Assembly (NCBI GenBank): GCA_051251915.1
Contig: JBPOGF010000001.1
Location: 160,001-224,000, forward strand
Length of the DNA: 64,000 bases
From: Akkermansiaceae bacterium
GTDB taxonomy: Bacteria > Verrucomicrobiota > Verrucomicrobiia > Verrucomicrobiales > Akkermansiaceae
Direction of reading: 5' to 3'
Shown here: positions 28,327 to 37,894 of the stretch, piece by piece
How positions within the stretch are numbered: position 1 is the first letter of the stretch
Layout of the letters: each line of letters starts with the position of its first letter
Program-made: the position numbers and the translations under genes
Notes under the pieces: model-generated
Database searches by the model: none
Told to the model about the DNA's origin: nothing
Seen by the model: only the letters and a program-made list of their open reading frames with translations

Positions 28327-29079
28327 ATGATCACTGTAACTACTATGACGTCTTTGGCCGCGCTGAGTGCGGGACTTGCTACGAGTCTGCACTGCATCGG
28401 GATGTGTGGACCGTTGGCTTGCTCTGTGACGAGTCGCTGTAAGTCTAAGCAACATGCGCAGCTGGAGTCTCTGGCGTATCATCTGGGTAGGGTATTTTCT
28501 TATACATTGATAGGGGCGATTGCTGGGTTGATTAGTTTACAGCCGATGGGATTTTTCTTTCATTCTCCGGCGGCTATTTTGCCTTGGTTGATGATTCCGT
28601 TTCTTCTTATTACGGCCTTTCCGGAGGTGTTTAAGATGCCGCGCTTGAAGTTTCTGACTATGCCATATTATAAGGCGAAGCGCTGGGCGGAATCTAAGCC
28701 ACCGGGAATCATGGGTGGTTTGTTGGGGCTTATTTCTCCCTGTTTGCCATGCACTCCTCTGTATCTTATTTTTGGGGTTTCTTTGCTGAGTGGTTCTCCT
28801 TTATCTGGGGCTCGGATTGCGCTTTGTTTTGCGCTGGGGACGATTCCGTTGCTATGGGCGGCGCAGTCATCGACTCATCTTATTGCTAAATTCATTCCAG
28901 GGAAATGGCGTAGCGGGCTGCGGGTAAGTTTTTTACTTGTTATCACTACTATGTTGTTTTTCAGGTTGCAGGGCACATTACCATCTAACTTAGAGCAATC
29001 AGCACCTACTCCGGGAGATGAAGCTAAGCCTGCTCAAGAGGTGGAACGTCCGCTTCCTGATTGCTGTGCGGGTAAATAA
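28327..29079 (+). CDS. DsbD_2 / sulfite exporter TauE-like protein of cco clusters
   Basis: SLHCIGMCGPL, YHLGRVFSY, LPCTPLY, FALGTIP. Confidence 0.9.
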   Translation: MITVTTMTSLAALSAGLATSLHCIGMCGPLACSVTSRCKSKQHAQLESLAYHLGRVFSYTLIGAIAGLISLQPMGFFFHSPAAILPWLMIPFLLITAFPEVFKMPRLKFLTMPYYKAKRWAESKPPGIMGGLLGLISPCLPCTPLYLIFGVSLLSGSPLSGARIALCFALGTIPLLWAAQSSTHLIAKFIPGKWRSGLRVSFLLVITTMLFFRLQGTLPSNLEQSAPTPGDEAKPAQEVERPLPDCCAGK

Positions 29080-29137
29080 TGGTTACAAGGTGTGTAGCCA
29101 TTCGATATCCGTTATCCGTTATTATTTGAACTAAACC

Positions 29138-31426
29138 ATGTCAGCCTGTCTTCACTGCTCGACCCCGCTTAAATCTGACCAAGAGAGTTTTTGTTGTCGG
29201 GGGTGTGAGAGTGTTTACCAGATCATTCATGAATCAGGTCATGAGATGTTCTATGATCTGAAGGCTGAGACTCCGTTGACTCCGTTGAGGGAAAGACCGT
29301 TTCAGGACAGAGACTGGGACTGGTTGGTTGATGTGTTAGAGTCGGATACTTCTGAGCCTACAACGATTACTTTAGGTCTTCAGGGATTGAGTTGTGTGGC
29401 GTGTGTGTGGTTGGTGGAGTCGGTAGCTAAGGCGATAAATGGTGTTTATTCTGTTAGTCTAAGTGTGACGCGTGGGAGTATGGAGGTGGTGTATCAGCCA
29501 GGGGAGATAGATGCTGCTGAGTTTGCGAATGGTCTTTATAAGCTTGGGTATGAGGTTACAAGGACTCCGGCGAATAGTAATGAGGCTGGTGGTGGTTCTG
29601 CGCTGGCGATAAAGCTTGGGATCTGTGGGGCGCTGGCGATGAATACGATGGGGTTTACTTTGCCACGTTACATTGGGATGGAGGCATCTGATGAGCTTCA
29701 TGAGTTGTTTACGATTGTGATTATAGCATCTGCTACGCTGACATTTTTTATTGGTGGGTCATATTTTTTCAAGCGTGCTTGGAGTGCGTTGAAGCTGGGT
29801 CATATTCATATGGATTTGCCAATTTCTATTGGGTTGATCTTGGCGTTTTTGGGATCGATCGTGGGGTGGTTGTTTTCACGGGAGGAGTTGTTTTATTTTG
29901 ACTTTGTGGCGGTATTTACATTTTTGATGTTGTTAGGGAAGCAGGTTCAACAGGCTTCGTTGAGTAGGGCGAATGCTAAGTTTGGTTCTGAAAGTACGAT
30001 CCCGGATGGTTATCGAAATTCTGAAGGTGAGCAGGTAGATACGCATGGGATTTTAGCGGGGGAGCAATTGGTAATTCCGGCTGGGACGGTGATCCCAACA
30101 GCTTCTAGGTTGATGTCTGAGGTTGCGGAGTGTTCGCTGGCTTGGATCACGGGGGAGCCGGCTACACTGGTGTATGGGAAGTCTGATCCTATTCCAGCGG
30201 GGGCGGTGAATCAGTCACAGGATGATATTGTGGTGGAGACGGTGGATGCTGTGGATACGGATCATTTCTTCCATCAGTTGCCGAAACAGAATGATGGTTT
30301 GAGTCCGGCCTTGGCGAAATTTATTCGGTATTATTTGGTGGCGATTTTGTTTATTGGGCTGGTGGCTTGTGGTGCTTGGTTGTGGCTGTCTGATGACTGG
30401 GTTAAGGGGATTCAGGTGATGATATCTGTTTATGTGGTTTCATGTCCTTGTGGTATTGGGCTGGCTTTGCCTTTGTTGGATACTCGTTTTAATAAGTTGG
30501 CAAATAACATTGGGGTGTTTCCGCTTACTGCTACTTGCTGGGCGGGGTTTTTGAGACTTAAGAGGGTGGTATTTGATAAGACGGGAACGCTGACTTTGGA
30601 TCGGCCTGTGTTAGACAATAGTGAGGCTTTGACTAAGCTTGATGATCATGAGCGTGAGGTTCTATTTTCACTCACTAAGAAGTCGTTGCATCCGTTGAGT
30701 CGGTCACTTTTCTCTGAACTCATTCATAGGGGGACTACGCATAGTAGCTTGGGCTGTGATGTGGTGGAGACCGCTGGGCAGGGAGTGTCTGCGGTGATTG
30801 ATGGATCTACGTATAGCTTGGAGCGGCCGGATACGAGGAAGAAGCTGCTGTCGTGTGATTTCAAATGTGATGGGGTGGTTATTGCTCAGTATCATTTCAT
30901 AGAGAGTCCGCGGGAGAATACTAAGGACTCGATAGCGCAGATACGGGAGATGATCCCTCAGCCACCAATGATTCTTTCAGGAGATGTGGAGGAGAGTGTG
31001 AGCGGAATAGCTCGGCAATTAGGGATAGAGGATTACGCGGCATTGCTTAGTCCGGAGCAGAAGCTGAAGCGTATCCAGGCACTTCAGGAGGAGGGTGATC
31101 TGCTTTATATTGGTGATGGGATGAATGATATTTTGGCGATGCGTGATGCGAGGTTGAGTGCGGCTCCGTTTGCGAATGTGAATTTGGTGACTAAGGATGT
31201 GGACTTTCTTTTCACTGACGAGACGCTAGGTTTCTTGCCTAAATTGCTTCGGTTAGCGGAAACGAGAAATGCTTTGAGTCAGCAGCTGCTGATTTATACT
31301 ACGCTGTATAATGTAGCTGTGGTGCTAATTGCATCAATTGGGTTTATGTCTCCTTTGATAGCGGCTATTATTATGCCGCTGAGTTCACTGGTTAGTTTGT
31401 ATTTGGTGAGCCGTAAGCAGGCTTGA
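29138..31426 (+). CDS. ccoI: Heavy-metal (Cu) P1B-type ATPase CcoI/FixI
   Basis: CLHC...FCCRGC, CVACVW, TGE, SCPC, DKTGTLT, HPL, GDGMND, IAAIIMPLSSL. Confidence 0.93.
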   Translation: MSACLHCSTPLKSDQESFCCRGCESVYQIIHESGHEMFYDLKAETPLTPLRERPFQDRDWDWLVDVLESDTSEPTTITLGLQGLSCVACVWLVESVAKAINGVYSVSLSVTRGSMEVVYQPGEIDAAEFANGLYKLGYEVTRTPANSNEAGGGSALAIKLGICGALAMNTMGFTLPRYIGMEASDELHELFTIVIIASATLTFFIGGSYFFKRAWSALKLGHIHMDLPISIGLILAFLGSIVGWLFSREELFYFDFVAVFTFLMLLGKQVQQASLSRANAKFGSESTIPDGYRNSEGEQVDTHGILAGEQLVIPAGTVIPTASRLMSEVAECSLAWITGEPATLVYGKSDPIPAGAVNQSQDDIVVETVDAVDTDHFFHQLPKQNDGLSPALAKFIRYYLVAILFIGLVACGAWLWLSDDWVKGIQVMISVYVVSCPCGIGLALPLLDTRFNKLANNIGVFPLTATCWAGFLRLKRVVFDKTGTLTLDRPVLDNSEALTKLDDHEREVLFSLTKKSLHPLSRSLFSELIHRGTTHSSLGCDVVETAGQGVSAVIDGSTYSLERPDTRKKLLSCDFKCDGVVIAQYHFIESPRENTKDSIAQIREMIPQPPMILSGDVEESVSGIARQLGIEDYAALLSPEQKLKRIQALQEEGDLLYIGDGMNDILAMRDARLSAAPFANVNLVTKDVDFLFTDETLGFLPKLLRLAETRNALSQQLLIYTTLYNVAVVLIASIGFMSPLIAAIIMPLSSLVSLYLVSRKQA

Positions 31427-31512
31427 TGTGCGATTGTTGTGGGGAATCTAGTGGCTAGGATTTTAATTTTTTGAAATTGATTTTAGCAAGTTAATGTGTT
31501 AATTATAAGTGG

Positions 31513-32100
31513 ATGAGTATTGTTTCGAAAAATGTATTATTAATGATGACTACCGTGTCCACTACTGTCCTACTCGTAGGGTCTGCAAGTGCGGGGCTGA
31601 GTATGGTTGGTAATGCTTGGGTAGATGATATGAGCGATATTAGTAACTTTAGTGGTAGTCTGAATATGACGGTGTCGTTGGATTTCCCAGGAGAGGTGTC
31701 AATGGTCTCTGATGCACCTAGTGTGGATCGGCTTGTTAATTGGATGGTTGATGGTACTACGCGTCTTGATCTTATTGATAACGGTTATGTAGAGGTAACG
31801 CCAGATGCGCAGATTGTTAGTGGGCAATGGCAGATGTGGGCGTTGTTTTACACAGATACAGGGGTATTTTTAGATGAGGTGAGTTTGTTAGATTTTACGG
31901 CTTCTGCTTCTGTTTTCACAACTGATCTTAGTGATGTGGCACCAGTCGGGACGGATGAATTTTTCTTACGTTTCCGTATTAAAGAAGCTGTAGGTGATGG
32001 CTTTTCATTTTCGCAGATCAAGGTGTCTCCCATACCTGAGCCGAGTTCTGGTTTGCTCGCTTTACTTGGTTGCGGCTACCTGTTGCGCAGAAATCGTTAG
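31513..32100 (+). CDS. PEP-CTERM surface protein
   Basis: Signal peptide; ends IPEPSSGLLALLGCGYLLRRNR. Confidence 0.92.
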   Translation: MSIVSKNVLLMMTTVSTTVLLVGSASAGLSMVGNAWVDDMSDISNFSGSLNMTVSLDFPGEVSMVSDAPSVDRLVNWMVDGTTRLDLIDNGYVEVTPDAQIVSGQWQMWALFYTDTGVFLDEVSLLDFTASASVFTTDLSDVAPVGTDEFFLRFRIKEAVGDGFSFSQIKVSPIPEPSSGLLALLGCGYLLRRNR

Positions 32101-32124
32101 TGTAGTAGCGTATTGATAGTGAGT

Positions 32125-32344
32125 TATTTGTTTACAGATGAAGTGTTAGGATTTCTTCCTAGGTTGTTGCGTCTAGCACAACACAGAAATGCTCTTTCTT
32201 AGTAGACAACTTCTAATTTACACTACGCTTCATAACGTAGCGGTGGTTATTCTTGCCTCATCAGGGTTTATGTCGCCTTTAATAGCGGCGATTATCATGC
32301 CTCTGAGCTCCCTAATAATCTTGTATTTAGTGAGTAGAAAGTGA
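32125..32344 (+). pseudogene. Diverged, frameshifted second copy of the ccoI 3' end
   Basis: YLFTDEVLGFLPRLLRLAQHRNAL / SRQLLIYTTLHNVAVVILASSGFMSPLIAAIIMPLSSLIILYLVSRK* versus CcoI FLFTDETLGFLPKLLRLAETRNALSQQLLIYTTLYNVAVV...LYLVSRKQA; a 4-nt TCTT duplication breaks the frame. Confidence 0.92.
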
Positions 32345-32474
32345 GACTTAACTTTTTTTTGTATTTTATAAGGTGTTGTTTGTAATTTTTTTTAAATAAA
32401 TATTGATGTATGTTAATTATTCAGTTATATACATTAATTATAACGAAACTAACTCATGAAATTCCCCAAGGACC

Positions 32475-33287
32475 ATGAAACTACTATTAAAATTTTTAAC
32501 ATTTGGTGTGTTTGCCACAAGCGTGCAGGCTGAAAGTGATTATTCAATTTCTTTTGCTAATTATCTTTCAGGAACGTCGTTTGACAGTCCCAATAGTTTT
32601 GATGCTGGGGACTGGTATGATGGTCTAGATGGCTTGGTGTATTCTGACGTCATCCCTGATTCTGAGTTTGATGTAGGAGCTATATTAGTAGCTACGAGTG
32701 TTTATACTCCACACACAGAATCTCTTAATGGTAACAACGGAGGAGACGATGCTTTCATTAACATGAAAAGAGACAATAGTGTGGACTTTTCTTTCACTTT
32801 GTATGATACAGCAACAGGAAATATTGTGGATACTGATTTCTTTGGTGAGGACTTCAAGTATTCACTAGTGTTTTATGATCTGGACGGGTCTCCTACTGGG
32901 GGACTTGAGCAGATTACTTCTTATGACCATTCAAGCTGGCAGAAGCTTGAGACAAGTATCATCGATGTGGTGGAGGATGGTAACACGGCAACCGCAACAA
33001 CTAACGGTTCAAATAATAATGTTCCAAACGCTTATGCTGAGACTACTAATCTGACGGAAGAACAACAGTCTGCCGCTATTGTGTTTGATTATGAGAATAA
33101 AGGTTCTATAGATTTGACCTATACAATTGTGGGGGGGGCTACAAACAACCAGAGGAATTTGTTTATTGATGCAGATGATTTTACAGTATTCACGCTACCT
33201 ACGGAGACATCAACTGTTCCTGAGCCCTCTTCAGCATTGCTCATAGGAATGAGTTCTTTATTTCTCATCTCTAGGAGAAAGAGGTAG
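32475..33287 (+). CDS. PEP-CTERM surface protein, tandem copy 1
   Basis: Signal peptide; VPEPSSALLIGMSSLFLISRRKR; 270 aa. Confidence 0.93.
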   Translation: MKLLLKFLTFGVFATSVQAESDYSISFANYLSGTSFDSPNSFDAGDWYDGLDGLVYSDVIPDSEFDVGAILVATSVYTPHTESLNGNNGGDDAFINMKRDNSVDFSFTLYDTATGNIVDTDFFGEDFKYSLVFYDLDGSPTGGLEQITSYDHSSWQKLETSIIDVVEDGNTATATTNGSNNNVPNAYAETTNLTEEQQSAAIVFDYENKGSIDLTYTIVGGATNNQRNLFIDADDFTVFTLPTETSTVPEPSSALLIGMSSLFLISRRKR

Positions 33288-33300
33288 ATTGGTTGTTATT

Positions 33301-33717
33301 CAGGGCTAACTCACTTTGTGGTGTTAAGTTTGAGGGAGGAGGTGAATAAGTTTTCATCAGAAAGTAGCGTGTGGACGTTTTGCTCTGATGGTGTTCTTAA
33401 TCGTTGTGTTTGCTTTGAGTGGATTGATAGCGAGCTTTCTAACTTTCTCAGTAAGGCAACATTCTGTGCTGCATTCGCTTTACGGATTCTTGATTCGTCT
33501 TCTTTCCATGCCACTTCTAGCAGCCTGTGACACTGGTTCTCAATACTCTAGTTCGCGGATCAGCTATATTTCCAAACTTTTCAATACTCTCAGGAAAATC
33601 ACCAGGATACTATTCAGAACTTGTTTTCTTAGACATCCAACCATGCTGAACCACCACATATAGAGAATCCGTCTAATCTGAATAAAATATTATACTACTT
33701 AAAGTGAGATAGTCTTG
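33301..33717 (-). mobile_element. Internally deleted ISAs1-family element (417 bp)
   Basis: Terminal inverted repeats CAGGGCTAACTCACTTT / AAAGTGAGATAGTCTTG (14/17); minus strand encodes FGNIADPR joined to SIENQCHRLLEVAWKEDESRIRKANAAQNVALLRK and KLAINPLK...IRAKR, with stops and frameshifts. Confidence 0.85.
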
Positions 33718-33815
33718 AATATTTGTGTTTTTTTAAATAAATATTGATTTGTGTTAATTATTTAGTTATATACATTAAGTATAACGAAAATGATTTATAC
33801 AATCCCCCAATGGCC

Positions 33816-34628
33816 ATGAAACTACTATTAAAATTTTTAACATTTGGTGTGTTTGCCACAAGCGTGCAAGCGGAAAGTGATTATTCAATTTCTTTTGCTA
33901 ATTATCTTTCAGGAACGTCGTTTGACAGTCCCAATAGTTTTGATGCTGGGGACTGGTATGATGGTCTTAATGGTTTGGTGTATTCTGATGTCATTCCTGA
34001 TTCTGAGTTTAATGTAGGAGCAATCTTAGCAGCTACGAGTGTGTATTCCCCACTCAATGCCTCTATCAATGGTAACAACAATGGAGACGATGCTGTCATC
34101 AACATGAGGAGGGACCGTAGTGTGGACTTCACTTTCACTTTGTATGATACAGCAACAGGGAATATGGTTGATACTGATTTCTTTGGTGATGACTTCGAAT
34201 ATTCATTGGTATTTTATGATCTTGACGGGACTACTAGTGGGGGGCTTGAGCAGATTACTTCTTATGATCATTCAGGTTGGCAGAAGCTTGAGGCAAGTAT
34301 CATCGATGTGGAGGAGGATGGTAATGTGGCAACAGCAACTACTAATGGTTCAAATAATAATATTCCAAATGCCTTTTCAGCAACAACTGATCTAACGGAG
34401 GAGCAACAGACCGCGGCTATCGTTTTTGATTATAAGAACAAGGGAACTGTTGATTTGACCTATACGATTGTAGGGGGAGACTCAAATGTTCAGAGGAATT
34501 TGTCTATCGATGCTAATGACTTTAAAGTATTCACGCTACCTACGGAGACATCAACTGTTCCCGAGCCATCTTCCGCATTGCTGATAGGAATGAGTTCCTT
34601 ACTTCTAATCTCTAGGAGAAAGAGGTAG
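33816..34628 (+). CDS. PEP-CTERM surface protein, tandem copy 2
   Basis: Same length (813 nt) as 32475..33287 with near-identical termini; ~90 bp upstream is also duplicated. Confidence 0.93.
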   Translation: MKLLLKFLTFGVFATSVQAESDYSISFANYLSGTSFDSPNSFDAGDWYDGLNGLVYSDVIPDSEFNVGAILAATSVYSPLNASINGNNNGDDAVINMRRDRSVDFTFTLYDTATGNMVDTDFFGDDFEYSLVFYDLDGTTSGGLEQITSYDHSGWQKLEASIIDVEEDGNVATATTNGSNNNIPNAFSATTDLTEEQQTAAIVFDYKNKGTVDLTYTIVGGDSNVQRNLSIDANDFKVFTLPTETSTVPEPSSALLIGMSSLLLISRRKR

Positions 34629-34762
34629 AGTGGTTGTTAGTATTCTGAGGTAAATTGAGTTTACCTTTTTTTGTGTGAGCGCGTTGTATTCAGGAGATAT
34701 TGTCTATTTGGGTTGAAAGAAGTTGCTTGTAAATATTTCGAGATGTATAAGTAGAATAGCTT

Positions 34763-35716
34763 ATGGATAAGAAAGAGCAGCAGCAAAGAGAAACTCATGA
34801 TGAGCCGATGAAAACTCAGTTGTATGAATATTTACTTCATTCTGAGCTGTTTTCAATTTATCGCAAATCTTTTGAGAAAGTAACAGGACACACGATGGCG
34901 TTAATACATCCTGATGTAAACGAGACTCCTATTGCAGAGGTTGGTAGATGTGGGAATGCTTATTGTGCTATTTTATTAGCGAATGACATTTGTTCCAAAC
35001 GTTGTCTTGATCATACTCGGAAGTTAGCTTCGCGCGCTGTGGGGAGTTCAAGTACTGCGCAATGCTCGGCGAAGATGACTACTACGTTGATACCTGTGAA
35101 TTCACATGATAAAACGGTTGCTTATCTGCGCACAGGACAAGTGAAGGTGGATTTGCCAACAGTAGATTTTGCTAATTTAGATGAGATTCAGAAAAACTTA
35201 CCCCTGAGTGTGGGGGCTGACTTGGAAAAAGCTTATAATGGATTGACTAATATTGATGAGAAAAAATATTTAGATCATTTAGTCGTGTTAGGAGCCTTTG
35301 CTATGCAGTTGTCTTGTATTGCGGAGAAGGCGGTGGACCGGACACATAGTGACTCGATTTTGACGGATCGTTGTAAGCAATATATCACGGCGAATTTGTC
35401 TGAGAAGATCTGTTTGGATTCGCTTGCTGAGCATACAAAGGTGACGAATAGTTATATGTGTAAGCAGTTCAAGAAGCACACTGGGATGACTATTGTGGAG
35501 TATATAAATCTACATAGAATCGAGCTTGCTAAGCAGTTGTTGATTGAGCGTGATGGGGAGAAAATTATCAATATTGCGTATGAGTGTGGCTTTCAGTCAC
35601 TTTCGCAGTTTAACCGGACCTTCCAAAAATTTGTAGATAGCTCACCTACTGGTTATCGTAAGCGAGCGAGTGTTTGTGCTGCTGGGTCTTGTGATCCTAG
35701 GCGGATGAGAGCTTAG
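34763..35716 (+). CDS. AraC-family regulator with N-terminal Cys-rich PocR domain
   Basis: NAYCAIL, CSKRC, QCSAK, LRTGQV; HTH region FKKHTGMTIVEYIN, IAYECGFQSLSQFNRTF. Confidence 0.93.
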   Translation: MDKKEQQQRETHDEPMKTQLYEYLLHSELFSIYRKSFEKVTGHTMALIHPDVNETPIAEVGRCGNAYCAILLANDICSKRCLDHTRKLASRAVGSSSTAQCSAKMTTTLIPVNSHDKTVAYLRTGQVKVDLPTVDFANLDEIQKNLPLSVGADLEKAYNGLTNIDEKKYLDHLVVLGAFAMQLSCIAEKAVDRTHSDSILTDRCKQYITANLSEKICLDSLAEHTKVTNSYMCKQFKKHTGMTIVEYINLHRIELAKQLLIERDGEKIINIAYECGFQSLSQFNRTFQKFVDSSPTGYRKRASVCAAGSCDPRRMRA

Positions 35717-35731
35717 TTGAAATTTTGGGCT

Positions 35732-37894
35732 TTAATGGACTTTTAGTTCGTGAGCGTGGAGGAACCAGCGGCGTTTATCGCAGGCTTTTCCGAGGTAAGT
35801 TTTTGGGCATCGCTTGACGAGGGATTGGTAGTATTTGTCTGCGACTTGTGGGTCTGGTCTGGTCCAGTCGCCTGCTTGCCAGAGGAGTTTGGCGGCACGG
35901 TCGTCGTTTCTCGGGAGCAGGATGGCGGCGCGGTAGAGGAGGTCTGCGGCTAGTCTGTCTTTGGTAGAGACGGGTGAGATTCTTAGGTAGTTTTGCTGGA
36001 TGCGTTTAAGTTCATCTGGGGTGATCTTAGGGGTGAAGTCTTGGGCTTTAGGGAGTGGGCCATCGAAATATTCAGTCATGTCATAGTTCTCGTGCATTTT
36101 TCTGTTTGCTGCGGAGATTCTTAGGAATGGGCGGCAGTCGTTTTCTAGGTAGAAAAGTTCGTTGCCTTCTTTGCGAATGATCTGTGCGGAGGTGATGAAT
36201 GCTTGGGCCCGCATTTCTGCTGGTAGATCTTTATTGAGTGCGGCTCTGTAGTGGATGATGTATTTGTTGTAGGTTTGTAGGTGTTCTTCTAGTGCGAATT
36301 TTTTTGCGTCTTTGAAGTATTCATTGCGCATTAATTTGCGGGTGAGGAGGGCTTTAATAAATTCTGATTTCTGGGCGGTCTCGGAGTTTCTCACATAGTC
36401 TAATAGTTCTACTGGGCTGAGTAGGGTTTCAGCGATGTAGGCGGCGTCTGATTGGTTATTAGCTGTTAAGAAGAGGTCGAGAGCCTTGCCGTAATGTTTG
36501 AGTCCTAGTTCTACGCAGGCGTATTCTGAGTAGAGATTGAAATACCGAGTATTGGCAGTTTGACCTGTCTCTTGGTAGCTTCCATAGATATAAAAGTCGG
36601 TGTTCTCTGGATCTGCTCCTTCTGGTTTGATGCTTTCAGTGGTTTGTGAGTAAATGGTAGATGCCTTTTCGAGGTTCCCTTTTAGTGTGGCTAGTTTGGC
36701 CTGGAGCCAGAGTGACTCTGTGGTGGGTTTCTGCATCGAATTGAGGCAGAGTTGTAGTGCTTTCTCATCGTAGATAGCGTAGGCCGTGGTAGCACAGATA
36801 CCTAGTTCCTTGTCGATATTAGGTCGCTTAGAATTACGTAGTGCGTTGACCCAGAGGTTGAGTGTGATTTTAGACTGTTGGTCTACTTCAGGATTCTCGT
36901 TAGTGGGGTCATGATATCCAGGAGAGAGGAGGTTTGATATGAAATAGCTGAGAGCGACAGCGTGATCCTGATTTTTTGCGACTAGCTTGAAGATCTTGGA
37001 TGGATCTGCATGATGTTTATCGAGTGCCGTGTAGAAGACTTGTTTGATGTTTCTGGATGCTGTGATGGGGTCGGTGGTTTTCTCTCTTCCTTCTTTGATG
37101 TAGATGGTGAGGGCTGTGATGAAGTCATTGCTTTTGAGGGCGTAGAATGATGTCCAGTCTTTAGCGGTGACTTGGAGGGAGTCAGGGAATCCGTCTTTGG
37201 TGTATTGTTTGACTTTGGTGTACCATTGCATGGCTTCGCCGTCGGCTGTGGAGGTGCGGGCTAGCATCCAGGCTGCCCAGACGGTTTTGTATTTTCGCTC
37301 GTCTGCGGGGAGTGCTAGTAGGGATTTCCAGTGGGTGCGGGCTTGTTCTGGGAAGCCTTTTCTGTAGGAGATAGCGCCTTTTAGGTAGAGGGAAAATTCT
37401 TTAGGTATTGCCGCGAGGGTAGGTTTGTCTAGCCAGATTGTTTGGCGTTCATTTATTAGCTGGTCAGCTCGTTGGTCCCAAGCGCTGATGATCATGTCTG
37501 AGCGGATGGCGGAGTAGTTATCGAGTATTTTTTTAGGGAGTTTAGGGGCTGCTTTTTTGAGGTCGGCGATGTCTGTATTGTAGGTCGCCTGGAGCCTTTC
37601 GGGTAGACTAGCTAAGTTGATATGGTTAGCGGCGTTCTTTTTGTTGTTAGGGAACAGCAGGTCGACTCCGGTTGTGGGGTTCTCGATGATGGTAGATTTG
37701 TAATTGAGGAGTCGAGGGGCATAGTAGGGGCCGCATGCGATGAGGATGCCAATGCTTGCGATGGATGCTAGAAATGTAGGGGTAATACCACTCCGCAATG
37801 AAAAAGAGGCGAATGGGAATTTAAGGAATGATAAAAAATGGGCATTCGCCTCTTTTTCATTACTGCTTGGTATAAGTTTTTTTGAGGATTTCAT
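35732..37894 (-). CDS. Large exported TPR-like hypothetical protein (DUF3142 partner)
   Basis: Hydrophobic segment then ACGP; YLKGA..Y...ARTHW..LLALP...WAAWMLAR; 4-nt overlap with the upstream gene; start uncertain. Confidence 0.8.
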   Translation of the reverse strand: MKSSKKLIPSSNEKEANAHFLSFLKFPFASFSLRSGITPTFLASIASIGILIACGPYYAPRLLNYKSTIIENPTTGVDLLFPNNKKNAANHINLASLPERLQATYNTDIADLKKAAPKLPKKILDNYSAIRSDMIISAWDQRADQLINERQTIWLDKPTLAAIPKEFSLYLKGAISYRKGFPEQARTHWKSLLALPADERKYKTVWAAWMLARTSTADGEAMQWYTKVKQYTKDGFPDSLQVTAKDWTSFYALKSNDFITALTIYIKEGREKTTDPITASRNIKQVFYTALDKHHADPSKIFKLVAKNQDHAVALSYFISNLLSPGYHDPTNENPEVDQQSKITLNLWVNALRNSKRPNIDKELGICATTAYAIYDEKALQLCLNSMQKPTTESLWLQAKLATLKGNLEKASTIYSQTTESIKPEGADPENTDFYIYGSYQETGQTANTRYFNLYSEYACVELGLKHYGKALDLFLTANNQSDAAYIAETLLSPVELLDYVRNSETAQKSEFIKALLTRKLMRNEYFKDAKKFALEEHLQTYNKYIIHYRAALNKDLPAEMRAQAFITSAQIIRKEGNELFYLENDCRPFLRISAANRKMHENYDMTEYFDGPLPKAQDFTPKITPDELKRIQQNYLRISPVSTKDRLAADLLYRAAILLPRNDDRAAKLLWQAGDWTRPDPQVADKYYQSLVKRCPKTYLGKACDKRRWFLHAHELKVH

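Noticed and set aside
33388..33815. ORFs 33388..33663 and 33318..33530, and the extended start 33744
   Set aside because: They are antisense to the IS remnant; the paralog fixes the true start at 33816
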